From Amphiscolops sp. MND2022 (taxonomy: Eukaryota), in the NCBI GenBank assembly GCA_964187785.1, contig OZ076409.1:23438001-23502000 (forward strand): DNA of 64,000 bases, in the 5' to 3' direction. Shown here one piece after another: positions 48,875-60,400 of the stretch (its first letter is position 1; every line of letters begins with the position of its first letter). Made by a program: the position numbers and the translations under genes. The notes under the pieces are model-generated. The model was not told the origin of the DNA and made no database searches. It was given only the letters and a program-made list of their open reading frames with translations.

Positions 48875-49882
48875 TTTTTAGTCGGCGCCTTTTCTATCAA
48901 GGAAAAAAGCCAGACTATTACTGTGACTAGTTTTTTAGTCGGCGCATTTTCGTTTAAGGAAAAAAAACGACAATTTTTTTTGTCAGTGACTAGTTTTTTG
49001 TCAGATAACAGAATGGACACTTTACAGAAACTATTAAATTTACTAAACTACTGTACCGGCCAATTCTGGCCTACGGAAACGAATCTACGTTAGTGCAAAA
49101 GGTGCAAACTCCCCTGAAGTTTTCCTTTTTTAACGGAATTTACAAAACCGAACGAGACTAAAGCCCCCTTTATTTTTTAGGCACAGTGAGACTCGAATTT
49201 TTTTAATGTCTCCAAAGATTCCCCTTTCAATTTTTGTGATTTTTTGACACAGAATGGATGGTAAAAAATCCCAAATGGTTCCCCTTTAACATTTTTTGTC
49301 ACTATGAGACTGTTCAAAACTCTCATTCGATTTTTTTGAAAATTTTCGAATGTCTTCAAGGGGTCCCCATTCAATTATTTGAAATTTTGCAACACAATGG
49401 ATTTTGAAAATTGCAAAGTGTCCCCCTTTTCCGTTTTGGGCACTATCAGACAGTTTCAAAGTTCTCATTTTGAGCTGAAATTAAGATTCCGCAATATTCT
49501 GTTCGAATTTTGGACGTGGATGTTCGAATGCGCTATATGTGAGGTTTTGACGTTATATCCGAACTAGATTGCGTTTACTAAGGTGGAGTCGGAGATTCGA
49601 AAAAAGCGCCCCTATTTGTCCCAGCACGCTATATCTGAACTTTTGACGTTATATCCAAACTATAGTGCTTTTTACTTGGGAGGAGGCGTGAGGAAGCAAA
49701 AAGCGCTCTCACTTGTCTCAGCACGCTACACTTCAACGTCTGAAGCGTTTTCAGAGCACAAAAGGCACCCTTTTGATGTTTTGAAACTGCTTTCTCATAA
49801 AAAACGACCCGAGCATATGTTTAAAATTTTGCGTTTTTTGAGCCTTAAGTAAAGCGACGACTTTAAACGTTCCCGTCTTGTT
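48875..49882 (+). mobile_element. Family A Helentron-like element (3'-truncated twin at 45840-46830)
   Basis: Two successive tttttagtcggcgc 5' termini; the 3' end is gcgacgactttaaacgttcccgtcttgtt. Confidence 0.65.
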
Positions 49883-50450
49883 AAAATATGATCAGGACCT
49901 TTTTATGAAAAACACAGAGTCGAAACATTCAACAAGTGCATTTAGTTCTCGAAAAACGCCTCAAAAGTTTAGACAGAGCATGTTCTGCTTCAAGGAAGTG
50001 CTTTTTTGAATCCAGGCCTCCTCTTAACTAAAAACACTGTTTACTTCAGATATAACGTGAAAACTCTGATAAAGCGCAATTTTTCCCAACCCCACTTCCT
50101 CCTTAGTAAAATTCAGTTTTTTACGGAGGTGAGGTCAGAAGTTTGAAAATAGAGTGCTGGAACACATGGGAGCGCTTTTTTCGAACCTTCGCTTCCTACT
50201 AAGTAAAACACGATAAAGTTCAGATATAGCGTGAAAAAGGCAGATATAGCGCAATATTTTCGAAGCTCGACCACCTCTTCAGTGGAACGCACCTTACGTC
50301 GGATGTAACAAAATAAATTGAAAAACTTGAATTGTATTCGTAAAAAATGGTGGATATGTATTGAGAAGTTTCGTATATTCGTAAAAGCAAAACTGAGAAT
50401 TTTGAAACAGTCTGTTAGTGCCGAAAAATGTGAAAAAGAAACACTTTGGC

Positions 50451-50875
50451 TTTTTAGGTGTCGAAAAAAGCTTTCGACTATTTATGCAATCGTACCGTTT
50501 TCTTTCCCGACCTTTCTAGGAAAACTTCCAAATTCTCAAAAACTGTCCATACGATTTTATAAAATTTTTCACAGCCTTTCTAAACCCAAAGGTTCTCCTG
50601 CGTGCGCAATGACATCAAAATCGTATGACTGGGATTTGAGAAACATAGCCAAAATTAGCCAAAAACAGCCAATTTAGACTTCTCCGATTTTCTCTAAAAC
50701 TCTCTACGATTTGTATGTCTTCCTACACCATATAAAGGTTTCGATTTGAAAGTCTTTCTGCACCATATAAGGGCTTAATATGTGAAATTTCATTGGAATC
50801 ATGTGACTGGGATTCCAGCGAGTCAAATGGGAAAAGTCCTAAAATGACTCCTTCACGGCACATGCGGCTCTGGTT
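50451..50875 (+). mobile_element. Family B Helentron-like element
   Basis: tttttaggtgtcgaaaaaagctttcgact ... gactccttcacggcacatgcggctctggtt; homologous to 10698-11179. Confidence 0.6.
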
Positions 50876-50886
50876 TAACATCCAAT

Positions 50887-51622
50887 TGTTACGACTACTA
50901 CACGGGTCATTATTTTGGGTAGAATTAATTCTGACCGATTTTGTAGGAGTATAGAAGCTCCTTGTTTCGTTTTCTGTTTCTTCTACGGAGTTATCTCTTG
51001 CATTTTCCTTCCTTTCAGGTTTTAGAAGTTTCAACATTGCCTTTTAGGACTCTATGAGGAGATTCTTGATCTCGGACGTGATCTCCTCCTTTAAAGATGC
51101 TCTTAAACTCTCCAAAAGGCTATTACTTCTCCTAGGGGATTTTGGTCCCGACGGACCTGCCACGTCGACATCCTGGTTCGGGGAATGAGAATTTTCTACA
51201 GCTATTGGTGAAACAAAACCCTCACTTACGTTATCATCAGCTTCTCGCTGGGTGTTTTTCCTCTTCTGGCTCCTTGTAGCTGAAATTTTTGATGAAGAAA
51301 GTTTGATTTACAAAGATATCAAATATATCTTTCTGGTTTTCAACAAAGTTGAGATTGGAACGAGATTAAAGCAAAAGTTGAGAACAACTGAATTTTACAG
51401 CTCGAAAAGGACTGAGTCCCTTAGCACTAGCAATCCATCATGTTTATACCCTCCTAGCATCATTTGATCACGAATAAACCCCTAATTTTCCTCAAACATC
51501 TTGTCAATTCCTGTATTATCAATGAAAAATTCATTTTGTTCCCAAGTTTGCGTCGACTTTTCGTCAAACTTTGAGACACGACGATTTTAAACTAGTATTA
51601 GTCATCAACCGTGATCATATCA
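50887..51622 (-). repeat. Putative 3' LTR of the Gypsy element
   Basis: Minus-strand sequence runs TGATATG...CGTAACA (imperfect TG..CA inverted termini) and is immediately preceded on the minus strand by a purine-rich tract gggaggaaacgaaaggacgccggaatgaaa (51623-51652). The partner LTR is outside the window, so this is unconfirmed. Confidence 0.5.
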
Positions 51623-53301
51623 TTTCATTCCGGCGTCCTTTCGTTTCCTCCCAGGCATGAAGTAGATATACTTCAGTCTGTCAAACCGGAAATATTTTCT
51701 TATTTTACTGCTTTGGTTTGTAAGAAACTGACGCTGGGATGACGCTGACGTGAACAACTAATACCTGATTTTGAATATTCACTTGGAGAAAATGCTATGA
51801 CTAATATTTTCAACATTGGAATTTCCATTGATGCTAGGAAAGGATAATAGCAAGATTATAGAACTAGCAACATTTTCCAAATTAACTCCACACTGAGTGA
51901 TTATTAATTAACGGAATAAAGGCAACGGAACATTGACGTTTGAATGAATTGGAAAGCTAGATTATTTAATCCGGAATTCTAATCTCGGTCATTGGTATTT
52001 CGACCGAAAGTGCTATTTAGCGACATAATGACGTCAATTTACTATTTACACACGTCAACAACACACTGACAACAGGTATTACTTCACACATATAGTAATA
52101 TTCTTGAACACAAAACATCTGACGACATAACGTCGACACTTCACAAGTTAATCAAAGAAACAAAAACTTCAAAACTTTTTGACACTCAACTTCAGTATTA
52201 CAGAACGTATAGTAGCAACGTAGGTCAATTACTCATGGCCCAATACATATGAGCAATGCTCTTCATCAATTTGATTCAGTACAAAAGTTTTGAATAGGTA
52301 ACTGCTCGATCCTGGAGTGGACAACGACATGCCATCGTCCGAATGAGCAATGTAAGAATTACAACTCATTCATTGGGTAGTATAAAATACGAGAGCACAA
52401 ACATGTAAAAATACGTTTCCAACACGGAAATACCTCCAATCTATCTTATTATGATCATAAATTTGACTTTCATTTATATTACCTGAAAACTTCCATTTCA
52501 GAATGAAATCTTAACGTGGTTTAAACCGGTAATGTCTTATTTGAGGGATGGATGGCGCCGAATTCGAAATCTCTTATCATTTCCCTAGTTAAGTTAGCAT
52601 GCAATTCAAACGCATTCCTTGCACGAGTTCGTTAGAATAATGTTCATTTGTCATTTTGGTTGGAGTAAGATAGCTTATTTCGATGGATTTTGGACGTAAC
52701 GTGGACGTACGCATTAGTAGTAGACTTAGTCTACAAATATAGCGGACGTAGCGTGGACGTAAATTTAGAATGAAATCTAGCTTGCTGCCATAGCTGTGAC
52801 GTCATATCGTCGTCTGATATGGAGTACATTTTAATTGGCTAACTAGTTAGTGACGGAGTGCTGACGTCATGATTATAGTAATATATGAATGTGCCGCTAA
52901 TACTTGTTTACTTAGCAACGAGATATCGTCCTATTCTACACTGATTGCTGTTCAAAATGCAATTAAGTTGTCCTTTCTTAGAAGAGACGTAAATATTTCG
53001 GCGTGCCATGTCAAAGTAATTTCTGTTTTAGATCTGATTGACGTTCTTTCTCAGGGAAGATTTTGGATATGTTTTCATTCAGATCGGTCTATGATCCTTT
53101 ATTCTAGGTGTGTTTTAATTTTTAGTTTTCAGGTGGCGAATGTTCTTTTCTGACGCGACAAAATCGTCTTGCCGGAAATGCGTGAAATCATTTTGGCTTA
53201 TTTTATTTCCTGCTCTCATTTTCATTTAAAATTTGCGCCAAACGGACGTACATTTGTATTTCTAGTCACAGCTTATTAGGTTTTGAAGTTGGAATGTTAG
53301 G

Positions 53302-53976
53302 TTACCATTCCGGGAAGCGTAGCTTGCATCCATGTCCCCTCCCGATTGCAATTCGCCTGCAAGTACATCCTAAACCAGGAGCGGGTTGTGACAGGGCCGC
53401 ACTTCTGGGGAGAACGTTATTCCCAGGATGACGAGGCATGGGCAACAATGTGGGTAATCTCATCCCGAGTTCTGCTGTGACGTTACTACTTCGTATCTCT
53501 TCAAGATCGTTCAGCGGGCTTGTGGTTCTGAAGCTGGTTTTCCTGGGTGTTCCCGTCGGCGTGTTGAAGTAAGAAGTAGAGTCTTCCGTTTCAAGGTATT
53601 CCGCTACTTTACTGCTTGTTATCGTCTTTTCATCGTTTGCCGAAGGTTCTACAACGAATATATCAGAGGACATGCTCTCGTATGGGCTTTCTGGGGAGTT
53701 AGCTATTATTTTCTCAGAACTTTCCGAATGCGGGTATTGTCCCGATTCCACTGTTTCGAAGCTCGTGTAGGATTCGCTAAGTTTCATTCTTTTGCATTCA
53801 GTTTCCAGGGAGTTTAGAGAAAGGTCGAGAAATTCTTTCTCATCTGCAGTAGCTTCCGCCGACGAGTTTAGTACTTCGACAACTATTCTGGGGTATTCTT
53901 TGCTGTCCCTAGGTAACGGGGTGGAAGCTCTTGTGATCTCGCCTTCCTCCTCGCTTGACGATCAACTCGTATACAT
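53302..53976 (-). pseudogene. Ser/Thr/Glu-rich ORF of unknown function
   Basis: The 161-aa ORF extends in frame to an ATG at 53976 with one internal TGA at codon 5. No recognisable domain. Confidence 0.35.
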
Positions 53977-54456
53977 CTAGTAGATTATTCATCTTTTTTA
54001 TGGGATTTCTTTTCTTTGCAACTGTCGTTCGTATTTAATTGTTCCACAATGGATTTCGGATTAATTAGGATTAAGGAGAATATTGGGATAAGTCCCTCCA
54101 TTCTGATTGGTTAACCAATCATTTTAATCCTTTTTAATCCTAAGTGTTGACGTTATGTCAACGTCGCATTTTTATTGGCCTCGAAATAAATTATTTCGTT
54201 TGACCAAAGTTGTCAACGTTTTGCTGACGTCAATTTTGTTAGCCTTTAGCTAACTTCTGAATTTGTCACCGTTTTGATGACGTCATTATAAATTACAGGA
54301 TTAACTCTTAACCCTGATATCTTTTTGTCGACGTTTTGCCGACGTCAATTGCGTTGAAAATTAGCCAACTTTAGGTTTTGTCACCGTTTTGGTGGCATCA
54401 GTTTTCAGTTGTTATTTTCATCTTGAGTTGTTTTTCAGATTTTTTGCTGTTTCTTG

Positions 54457-57350
54457 ATGAGTTCCCGTCCAAATACTCTCCCTATTGTTGATCCTGGAGC
54501 ACAGAGCGGGCGGGAGACTCAGTATTTGTTTTCTGAGGAGATGTGCGCCACAGTGAGGGTGATGATATCTGTCTGCCAGCAACCGGTAGGTTCATCATCC
54601 CTTGATCCATTAGGCTTTTGTGTAGTATACATTTAGCAGTTAGGTCTTTTCTGCCTTTGTATTTCCACAGCTTAGATTTTCTTGACGCGTCGATGATGGA
54701 ATGTGAATTTTGTTTTAGTGTTTGGCGCGACATCTACTGCTCCTTCCGTTCTTGTTGCTTCGTCTAACGGGAATACCGACGAACAGGAAACTGTTGCCGT
54801 TCATTCTGTTCCCCTTGTTTCCTTGACTGGGAATGCTGACGAACAGGATACTGTTGCCGTTCCTTCTGTTCCCGACAATACTTCGTCTGACGTTGTTCGT
54901 GAGACTGTTTGTTCGACTTCTGGATGTCAGGGGATTTTCCAACTTCTTGAAGCAATCGAACCTACTTCAGGGGTTCAGCCACCTGCAGACAAAGCTACTC
55001 CCTCAATGGCAACCCAGCAGGATTCGCGTGCTACTGAAGGGGGTGAAAATCTTCCAACTGCTCATCGTGAAGGCGATGAGGTTTGCCCCCTCCTGAAGGA
55101 GAAGGGACGCCGCAAAAACAGCAGAAACTGGGGTTGACTCGAACAGAAACGTCAGCCCGATTTTCATCTTTTTTTGCCGGATTCACCCAGACAATTCACG
55201 TACTGTCAACGACACGCTCTTCACCTCAAACTGAAGCTGCCCCAGGAGGTAATTCGTCCGGAAAACGTCGTCGTGTGGACTTCGCTATTGGGGGCCAGCA
55301 TAGTCATGGTTGAAAAGTAATGGTTGTTTCGATAATGTTACATGAGGGGGGGGGGGGCGACGTTGTGGCGTTATTGAGTTCCGTTTTCCATAGGTAGTGA
55401 CAGTGATGATTCCGAGGATGTTGCTTTGGCGGAAAAGGCTCAAGGTGTTTCTGCTCTCAGCGGTCTGATCACGTCCGGGGCTGAAGATCCAAGTGTAGAA
55501 TCTCTTGTAACTAGTAAGTGATTTTTTTCGATTTTGTATTTCTTTGAGGGTCTCGGGGTTGGTTTGAGTTCGTGTATTTCTGGGTTGTGTTTTGTTTGTA
55601 GGGTTGCAGGATCTTGTGTCTCGTATGGAAGCGAGCTTAGAAAAAGCAGTGTCGTCTGGGCAACGTGTGCGAAAGTACAGCAGTGGTCATCACTTGAGGA
55701 AAGACATGGTTGGAGATCATCCTTTCCTCAGTGTTTTTGTCAGTGGGTCCAGTACCGGAGTGTCTACCCGTTTTCATTGCATGATCTGTCGGCGTAATGT
55801 AGTCACGTGGGGCAGAAAATTCATTCGCTATTACTCCTCGGACAGACATTGGGAGCGAGATGTTGCTTATCGTTTTCAGAACGATATGTCAACGTATGAT
55901 CGTCAGATGGAGCCCATGGACCTGTCGACTGGACAGCGCGATGAGTATATGAATCGTGAAAAAATTGCCAAGGATGAGGGCTTTAGTTTCCCTGAAGACC
56001 TTTTGCCTAGTTGTACTCGCGTGGGATCTACTGATCCTTTGCTGACATTGGTGAATTGTATCGCTGAACTGTGTCGTTGTGGTGGTAGCTATGTGCTGTT
56101 GCGGAAACTGTGGGGTAATTTCAGGGCTACCCTTGGGCGCGAAGATCCCTTGTACAATCTTCATTGGAATCGCTCCGAGACTTTAGTTAGTATTTTTGGT
56201 ATTGTTAGGAGTTACGTGTAAACGAGGGTGGGTAGGTGTTAAGTGTATTTGGCTGGTTGGTTTTTCTTTTTCTTCTCTTTTTCTTATCATGTGATCTGTT
56301 TTGTTTCAGTCGTTAATTTGTCGTGCTCTTTTTCCTCGAGTCCTTCGATCTATGGTGTCACGAGTTGCAAAATTCGGTCATTACAGTATGACGTTTGAAG
56401 AGCGGTCCGACGGTCAATATTGCTTCGTTCACACGTGGGAAGGCTTCAGAGTTTGTGTGTGAAAATGGAGAAGCTTGATCAGCGTGTGCCACATGCTGAG
56501 TTGTCATCGCTGTCTCGGGTGGTGACGATTTTGCCTTCTGGGTTGATGCCCCTTGGTATCCGTGGTATGAGTCCGTTCCTTTTGCGTGTTGTTAGCGATG
56601 AGCGTTCAGATGGTCGTCGTTTCATCCTTGCTCGGGAATTCTCGTCCGAAGTTTTCCTGCATTGTTATCGTGTGGCACATCAGGAGATCTTTGGAATGCT
56701 GGAAGTGACCACGATGATTGATTTCTTGATGCTCAGATTGCGTGGAGCTTTGCAGGAGCCCTGAATGGAGTGTGACTTTTGACGAGCTTCGTGGAGTTGC
56801 GTCTGATCTCGTGTCTGTGTGAGATACTGTTCGCGAGTACGTTCGATATACTGGTCCACGACATATCAAAAGTTCCTTCGACAAAGTGAGAAAGGTTCTT
56901 CTTTAATTTCTTTTGACCTCATTTTTTGTTTGTTTGTTTTTTTGTTGGCTTGTGCTTCGTTTGACTTTCTTTGTGCGTCTTAGATGCGGGGTACAGATTG
57001 TTTTTTCCTGTGGTATCTACTGTTTCCTTCCTGAGCTGTTGTTAGCGGGGGATGATCAGCGTGTCTTTTAGTTGTTCTCCCGTGTAGTCCGTGTCTTGGA
57101 AAAGAGTGGTAGTTTGACGCCCAGTGTTTCCCGATCCAGCGTGGAGGAATTTAGAACGTTCGTTGTGGATATCCGGAGGCGGCACGTCGAGTCAAGTGTG
57201 AGTGCCGAGAATATCAGCGACGTGGTGACGTAGTGCTAAGCCTTTACGGAGGAGTGGGAGAGGATCTAGCAAGGAGAGCGGCAAAAAGAGTGACGATTCA
57301 TTGTGCGCCAGCGGGAAGAGCTCTGCAAAGAATCGTGCTTCTGGGTCGAA
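54457..57350 (+). pseudogene. Degraded multi-exon gene encoding a zinc-finger protein of unknown family, antisense to Gypsy pol
   Basis: Short GT-AG introns with pyrimidine tracts at 54586-54670, ~55309-55393, 55514-55601, 56186-56309 and 56895-56983. Frames join correctly at 55513/55602 and 56185/56310. Contains FHCMICRRNV..SSDRHW. Frameshifts and stops are present. Confidence 0.6.
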
Positions 57351-57499
57351 GATGTGAACTGTTTCTATAGACGTTTATATGTTTCATTACTCATTGTTGT
57401 TATTGTATTTGTATGATGCTTTTGATTCGTTATTACACTTTGATGAAGTGAAAAAACGAAAGAAGGAAAAAGGTAGTAACAGAAAATGGTAGTTGGGGT

Positions 57500-60400
57500 T
57501 ATAATATGCCTCTAATTAAAATCGTCAGACCGGTTCAGTTTGGACTCTGTATAATAGTTTTCTTTCATTTAGTTCGTCGTAGTCATAGCGTCAAGTCGTC
57601 GAAAGTCAGGATCAGCATTAGGATTAGGGTTAGGCCGCAAGTTATAATTGGCTATTTTTCGCGGGTTATACCCAACAATTGTAGGGGGCGATTTCGGGGA
57701 AATAGGGGGGTTTTCAATGGGTGGGGGCGTCGTTTGTATGGATTATCCCCCACATCTGTAGTAAGCTTTGAAAAATCCGGTGACGACGGCGCGACGTCAT
57801 TTGTGTCTTCAATTTGATTTCTTGGTGTTTGTGACGTCGTCATTTCGTCATTTGTGTTTGTGAGTTTCTGTATTTCTACTTGTTGGTTAGCTTCCGCACT
57901 TTTTGTTGTCTCATGTTCGTCGATATGCTTTCCAAAATCCATTTCCCACGATACTGCGTACCATTCATTGTGTGAAACGTTAACGTCTGGATCTGGTAAA
58001 TAAATATTCGCCAGATCGTACTGTGACGTCAAGCATGCGTTGTTCTGGCAGGTAGGGGCGTATTCGAATTCTGTGTAGCGTCTGTGTGTATCTCGTGCCA
58101 ATTTTTCGTATTGTGTAGTTGTTATTTGGTAGCACCTTTATCACAATATACGGTCCAATCCAAATGCAATCTTGGAACGCAAACTTTGTTGACTGGTTTT
58201 CAGCTTTCGGGTTGAGGATGTAGCAATAGTCATTTACCTTGAGCGGAGCTGCGGATGCTTTTATAATTGAGGTAGGACTGCATGATGTTGTCTTTTGCTG
58301 TGGCGCGGACTTCGTCGATTTGTTTTTGTGGCTGTTCTGCTATATCGGAATTAGGCGTAATCTTCCATTTTGGCTTGATGCCTAGCTTTAGATCTAAGAC
58401 ATTGTAGGGTATGCGTCCATGGAATACCGTATATGGCTCACAGCCTAATGTTTCATGATATGTTGTGTTGTAGTTCATTACGGCGATATGGACATATTTG
58501 TGCCACATTGAACGTTTTTCGCCCCTCGATATTTTTAGAGCAATTATATTTGAAGCGTGTGTTCTTTCCCAGATTCCAATAGTTTGTGCATGCTTCGTTG
58601 ACGCGTGGCTGATTTGGATTTCGAGTATTTGAGTTATTTCTGCGACGACTTCTGATCGGAATTGCGATCCCTTATCCGATAAGATTAGTGTTGGTAAATA
58701 TGCGTGTCTTGTCATGACATCGACGATACATCACTGTGACATTCTGCGTTGGGTATGCGAATAGGTAGCGTGAAAATACATCAATCATCGTGACAATGTT
58801 TTGGTGTCCTGCAGAGTTTGGAAAATTCGGCAGTATGTCGATTTCTAGGATATCTTCCGGACACAAGACGTGTTCCGTATTGTTGATCATTTTCGGTCTG
58901 ATTTGGTTGTTGTTGATTCTTTTGTACTTGATGCAGTCCTCGCATTGCATTACCCACTGTTTTATTTTTTTTTGCTAATCCGGGGTAATAATATTTTGAT
59001 CTGCGTTCTTGGATCAATTTCGTGATCCCTGGTTGTTTTCTCATTTGTCCATGAATTGCTTTCAAAAGTTCTGTGTTCAAATGTTCGAGGATTAATATTT
59101 GATGGTGAGTGACTTGGCCACATTCCCCGTAGTATTTGCCCATTAGGATGCCATCTTTGACTAATAATATATTTTCATGGACTAGGAGACGCTTGGCTGT
59201 CGGATCAATTTGTAGGAGGTGTTTGTCGTTTTCTTCGCATATTAGTTTCCTTTTGATTGCTTTGAAGACTAGGTTTGAGTCTTGTTCCACTCTGATGCGC
59301 GCGTCTTCTTTTATTGCCCCAAAGGTGTAAGATGCCTTGTTTATCGGGATTGGGGTTGTCTCTTTGATGGCAAATTTTATTTTTGTCGTCTCTTCGTCGC
59401 GCGCATCTTGTCTAGCTTGTTCCTTTTGCAGGAGGATTTCTTTCTCAGTTTCAATTGTTTCGTCTGGGAGGAAGAAAAGTTGTTCCTCATCTGCGACATC
59501 TGTGGATTGTAAGTTCACTTGTATTGGTCGAATTATGATGTCATCTCTGATCTTTAGTTCGACACTTCCTTTGGGGTTGAGGTCTATTCTTGATAAGAAG
59601 TCCGCCGCAGTATTGTGCGTTCCCGCTACATGCATGATGTGAAAATTGAATTGTAGCACGTAGTCACATGCGTTCCATAGTGTGGGAGGGATCGCTTTGG
59701 TTTGGAAAAACCTCGTTACCGACCTGTTGTCGGCCATCACGAGAGTTGGTAGGGTTGTATCCCAAAGACTATGGCTGTATTCTAGGAAGGCGGGATAGAT
59801 TGCCAAAAATTCCTTGCAGTAAATGGACATTTTTAGCTGTGCTGGGGAAAACACTTTTGATATGAATGCAACTGGGGCGAAAGTTTTCTTTTTTGAGTTG
59901 AGTTTTTTGTCGCTATCCTCCTCGATCATTAGCGCATAGCGTGATGCTCGGAAGCTGGCGTCCTTCATTAGGACGTATTGGCGTCCTGTGATTGGCTGTT
60001 TCAGGGCTAATCCACAGGCTTCCGCTAGTGTTGCGTTGATCGCTTTGTAGTGGTCGAGTGTCTCATCGCTGTTTTGGAGCGATTTGGCCATGGGCCTTTA
60101 CTGAGTTCACAGCAAAATCCATCAGATCAGTGAACAACGATCATGCAAAAAGAATCACATCATCGACCCGCCCCATAAATGACAGGTGGGACCGTGCGTC
60201 GTCAATCCGTGCGCCATTACTCAGAAGATTTGCAGAAGTGTACCTTCTAGTACCCATCAAATTAACGTTGGTTACAGAAGCATCGACGTCTACTCGGCAT
60301 TGGGCTGCCATGAACATGGTACGTACCTTTTACCAGCCCCCAATACCAGAAAAGTATCTTTACCATGATCAGTAGTGGTGGCATCGACCCAAATGTCACT

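Larger units (their letters stand above)
43795..49867 (+). repeat. Direct tandem segmental duplication, 2 x ~3035 bp
   Basis: All ORFs in 43869-46816 recur at +3035/+3036. The junction is near 46830 (gactttaa|aaattcactg). Few substitutions between copies. Confidence 0.97.
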
